A stretch of DNA of 64,000 bases from a virus (lineage: Duplodnaviria > Caudoviricetes). Under the pieces are notes generated by a model. The model was given only the letters and a program-made list of their open reading frames with translations, did not search any database and was not told where the DNA came from. Below, one piece after another: positions 62,501 through 64,000 of this stretch (the first letter of the stretch is position 1; every line of letters begins with the position of its first letter). The translations under genes and the position numbers were made by a program. The stretch spans positions 1-64,000 of IMG/VR virus record IMGVR_UViG_3300030372_002234, one strand, 5' to 3'.

Positions 62501-64000
62501 TTTATACAGACCCTGCTATTAACGGAAGATCAGCCCCAAGAAAAATTACGTTAACTCCTAAATCAAGCGGTATTTTTAGAACAGGAACTGGCGATGATGT
62601 CCAAGATAGCGTAACTACTTTAACTCCTACTTCTTCTGTAGCATGGAACGAAGATTTATGGTATCATTCAGATCCTAAACACTCTTTTGATTCAGTAGGT
62701 AAATCTATTCCTCAGGTTGCTGCGCGTTGGACAGAACTTCCTTTTAGAAACTACGCTAAAGATTTCTTAGATGAAAGTAAAACATTAAAAGGTTTTTATT
62801 TAACTGTATCGGCGTTTCATTCAGACGGTATTGCCTCTGTTGCTTATTATTTAGATGGTGCTAAATCTGGTCTTGGTACTGCTAATGTAGTAAGCCCTTC
62901 TGAGCATCCTTTAGAAGATACTAAAGCACAGATCGCAAAAAACGATTCTGGTGATTTGTTAACGGGATTAGAGGAATACACTGTAGCTGTAAACACTACG
63001 TCACTGTCTACAGGAGTTCACGAAGTCCGAGCTAAAATTAATCCTAACGTGCATCGATACGGTGGAACTAGAGGAACGGCTAGGTATTTATATGGAGAAC
63101 CTCCTACCGGAGACGCTTCTGTTAATACATCCGATTTAACTAATGTATTAAAAGGTAGTACTAGTTATCAAGTTATTAGCGGACAAGATTTCCCGTTTAG
63201 TAAAGCTCAGTGGCCTAATGATATTCCTGATGGTCCTCCTATTAATAATCAAGAAACATTAAGTAATTTTTCTAATCGTATGTTAGGAGTAGATACTTCA
63301 GAAAATAACCTCAATCCTATGTGGGGAGCGTCTAATTTCTGGAATCTTCATAATGAAGGTTTTAATTATTATGCTGACGGCAGCGATGCTAGTAGTAAAA
63401 CTCAGACTAAATACAACAGTAATAACTTTATCTTTAGCGGAACTCCGCAGCAAGAGTTGCTGTTAAATGGATACGAAAGTTTTTGGTTTAACTTTAACCC
63501 CACGCCCCTTACAGTGTACGTAGGACAGGCCGGAGATTCTGTACCGGAAGATAGCTCCTATTTTGCTACAAGCCTTTACGAGGCGTTCCAGTGGCTTGAG
63601 AGCAACTATACGGCAGACAATGCATCTCTTCACGACGCTGAGATTGTTCTTATTCCGGGTACGTCTGCGTCTCCTAGAAAATACAGTTGGCCTAATGCAT
63701 TCTCTAACGAGTCTTTGCCTGCTAGTGTTTCTTGGTGCCAGAACGCACTACAAAAGAAAAGTTTTGTTATTAGATCAAAAAACCCAGATGATAAGGATGC
63801 CACTATCCTGTGGTTCCCTCCGTCGTTAGATAGAGTAGAAATGCCTTGGAATAACTTTGCATTACATGTTAGAGATCTTACGGTATTTACTTCTACGCAG
63901 AGAGGAGAAACAGGTAAAACTTGCTTGCACTCCTCAGGAACAAATTGCCGTCTTCTTGTAGAAAACGTCATTTTCTCGTCTGCTTGCTCTACAGGAATCA
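59554..64000 (+). CDS. Partial large tail/receptor-binding protein with a Cys-rich segment and an Ig-like domain (runs off the window)
   Basis: AAAGGAG RBS then ATG 59554; no stop in the stretches translated by hand, and absence from the ORF track fits an ORF without a stop; Ig-like VSAFHSDGIASVAYYLDG…TGVHEVRAKI near 62800-63040. Confidence 0.75.
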   Translation, partial: MSISNCNCGDCRGRGACCIKYIEGGFNDEAYFKITQTLDSNTSWFLDTATNNADEVALEGKSGLPPVLFDNMSQGITDVQIDVEKNVNSDLRTIRIRFASNDDRAQFQTNLNSNYPDEMFALNVKVNELFTDSVEPTHAFYRLTDGDNNKIVTNTNVGDVLTFMWRVSDIATTTFNTRNISLNVNTNSDAVPLIASSAPFTHRGCVNASNTECRNLQTCTFGKDPDIAFYLAGVPTGTASDDFITRETQGGCVPDPQGNCTSFPCSLQRCCGPSSVAWCVDNAEFLEPDGNCCCCKYLANLADTSNCADTCNYGCACNCCEGIGGQADDCSGDQVCDDIVVGCLNGPGLDVTCDDNFPTTCNCTCQGQACRPGRPFCVDGFYDIPGCAFCQDRADETDNYICVQASAEWCLAQNNLLNVEWSCFNGAKECVNPDAPDGGNSVCPCLDDIASPVTTGICGCAVDADGTFVPSCSGVAGACLANWADGTQSDCTSNQNFSVQFTNSDNEISDQLILETKVPYYNQIKPTACGCEGSCSEAATTPRIGHLDPCFSYGPDDSDLSCCPNWCDGICPVYNNITFKRINHCNITSNVFSCSNCSGDTPPTHMEGSLLKLTLDFNATSGIELQRTKNWNSYVANTPDNSTVIVTENNDYTVPSDAISLEWNNVLGINGSLFDSNQALIPSLVFKTTTDRNLVMNDFSNLSSDWKMQSYCYWDLRESSYPDWPWGGDQENPALADARDVYSLIEGLTWAHNGNHSIQSGKQLWMRVYTPNLRGLYKTPVAFNNCDGSASQYKYQIDHVYSGNSQYERGYTNTDCITKDGLDCTSDNTCKYGNPWETINDVLNQVAGGLNNTSYIDAGGSHIDPSPGDFQFPIKPHTHMFELWFVGEAVSGCEQNANNDYTPEFKLAAIVREVADCSSINIDRLNDNENQYRLYNDTCGSYYWQCKERSTKLSVYTLTDDGSNEPWNQALNTSYVNDEEETIYTDPAINGRSAPRKITLTPKSSGIFRTGTGDDVQDSVTTLTPTSSVAWNEDLWYHSDPKHSFDSVGKSIPQVAARWTELPFRNYAKDFLDESKTLKGFYLTVSAFHSDGIASVAYYLDGAKSGLGTANVVSPSEHPLEDTKAQIAKNDSGDLLTGLEEYTVAVNTTSLSTGVHEVRAKINPNVHRYGGTRGTARYLYGEPPTGDASVNTSDLTNVLKGSTSYQVISGQDFPFSKAQWPNDIPDGPPINNQETLSNFSNRMLGVDTSENNLNPMWGASNFWNLHNEGFNYYADGSDASSKTQTKYNSNNFIFSGTPQQELLLNGYESFWFNFNPTPLTVYVGQAGDSVPEDSSYFATSLYEAFQWLESNYTADNASLHDAEIVLIPGTSASPRKYSWPNAFSNESLPASVSWCQNALQKKSFVIRSKNPDDKDATILWFPPSLDRVEMPWNNFALHVRDLTVFTSTQRGETGKTCLHSSGTNCRLLVENVIFSSACSTGI

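Noticed and set aside
416-63971. All minus-strand ORFs and short alternative-frame plus-strand ORFs in the track (e.g. 22738-23238, 24759-25361, 49883-50521)
   Set aside because: They lie wholly on top of well-supported + strand genes, lack RBSs and motifs, and fit shadow ORFs of a unidirectional genome.

Overview
The window is most of a large (>64 kb) T7-like podophage genome (Autographiviridae-like), opened inside the late region, with every supported gene on the + strand. Order: large terminase, a sulfotransferase-like gene, three internal-virion (ejectosome) genes including a 4719-aa giant, two membrane/secreted proteins, a GC-richer early cluster of small unknown genes (about 22.7-27 kb), auxiliary genes (2OG-Fe(II) oxygenase, thyX, DUF932, a citrate-synthase-like protein), three tRNAs, T7-type RNA polymerase, a sigma-70-family factor, replication genes (SSB, RusA, primase-helicase, family A DNA polymerase, dNMP kinase, 5'-3' exonuclease, NrdJ), then portal, scaffold, major capsid, tail tube A/B, a tail fibre and a truncated Cys-rich tail protein. 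A dockerin-like motif suggests a Planctomycetota (Phycisphaerae-like) host (inference). Most notable: (1) two covarying pistol self-cleaving ribozymes plus a related minimal pseudoknot, placed just after early-gene stop codons among other repeated RNA elements, possibly a ribozyme-based replacement for T7-style RNase III processing; (2) T7-type RNA polymerase motifs A and B, at T7-like spacing, inside the giant ejection protein, i.e. a candidate virion RNAP in a phage that also has a stand-alone RNAP and a sigma factor; (3) nested domain repeats in the tail nozzle protein. All calls come from reading motifs by eye; no database searches or folding programs were run.
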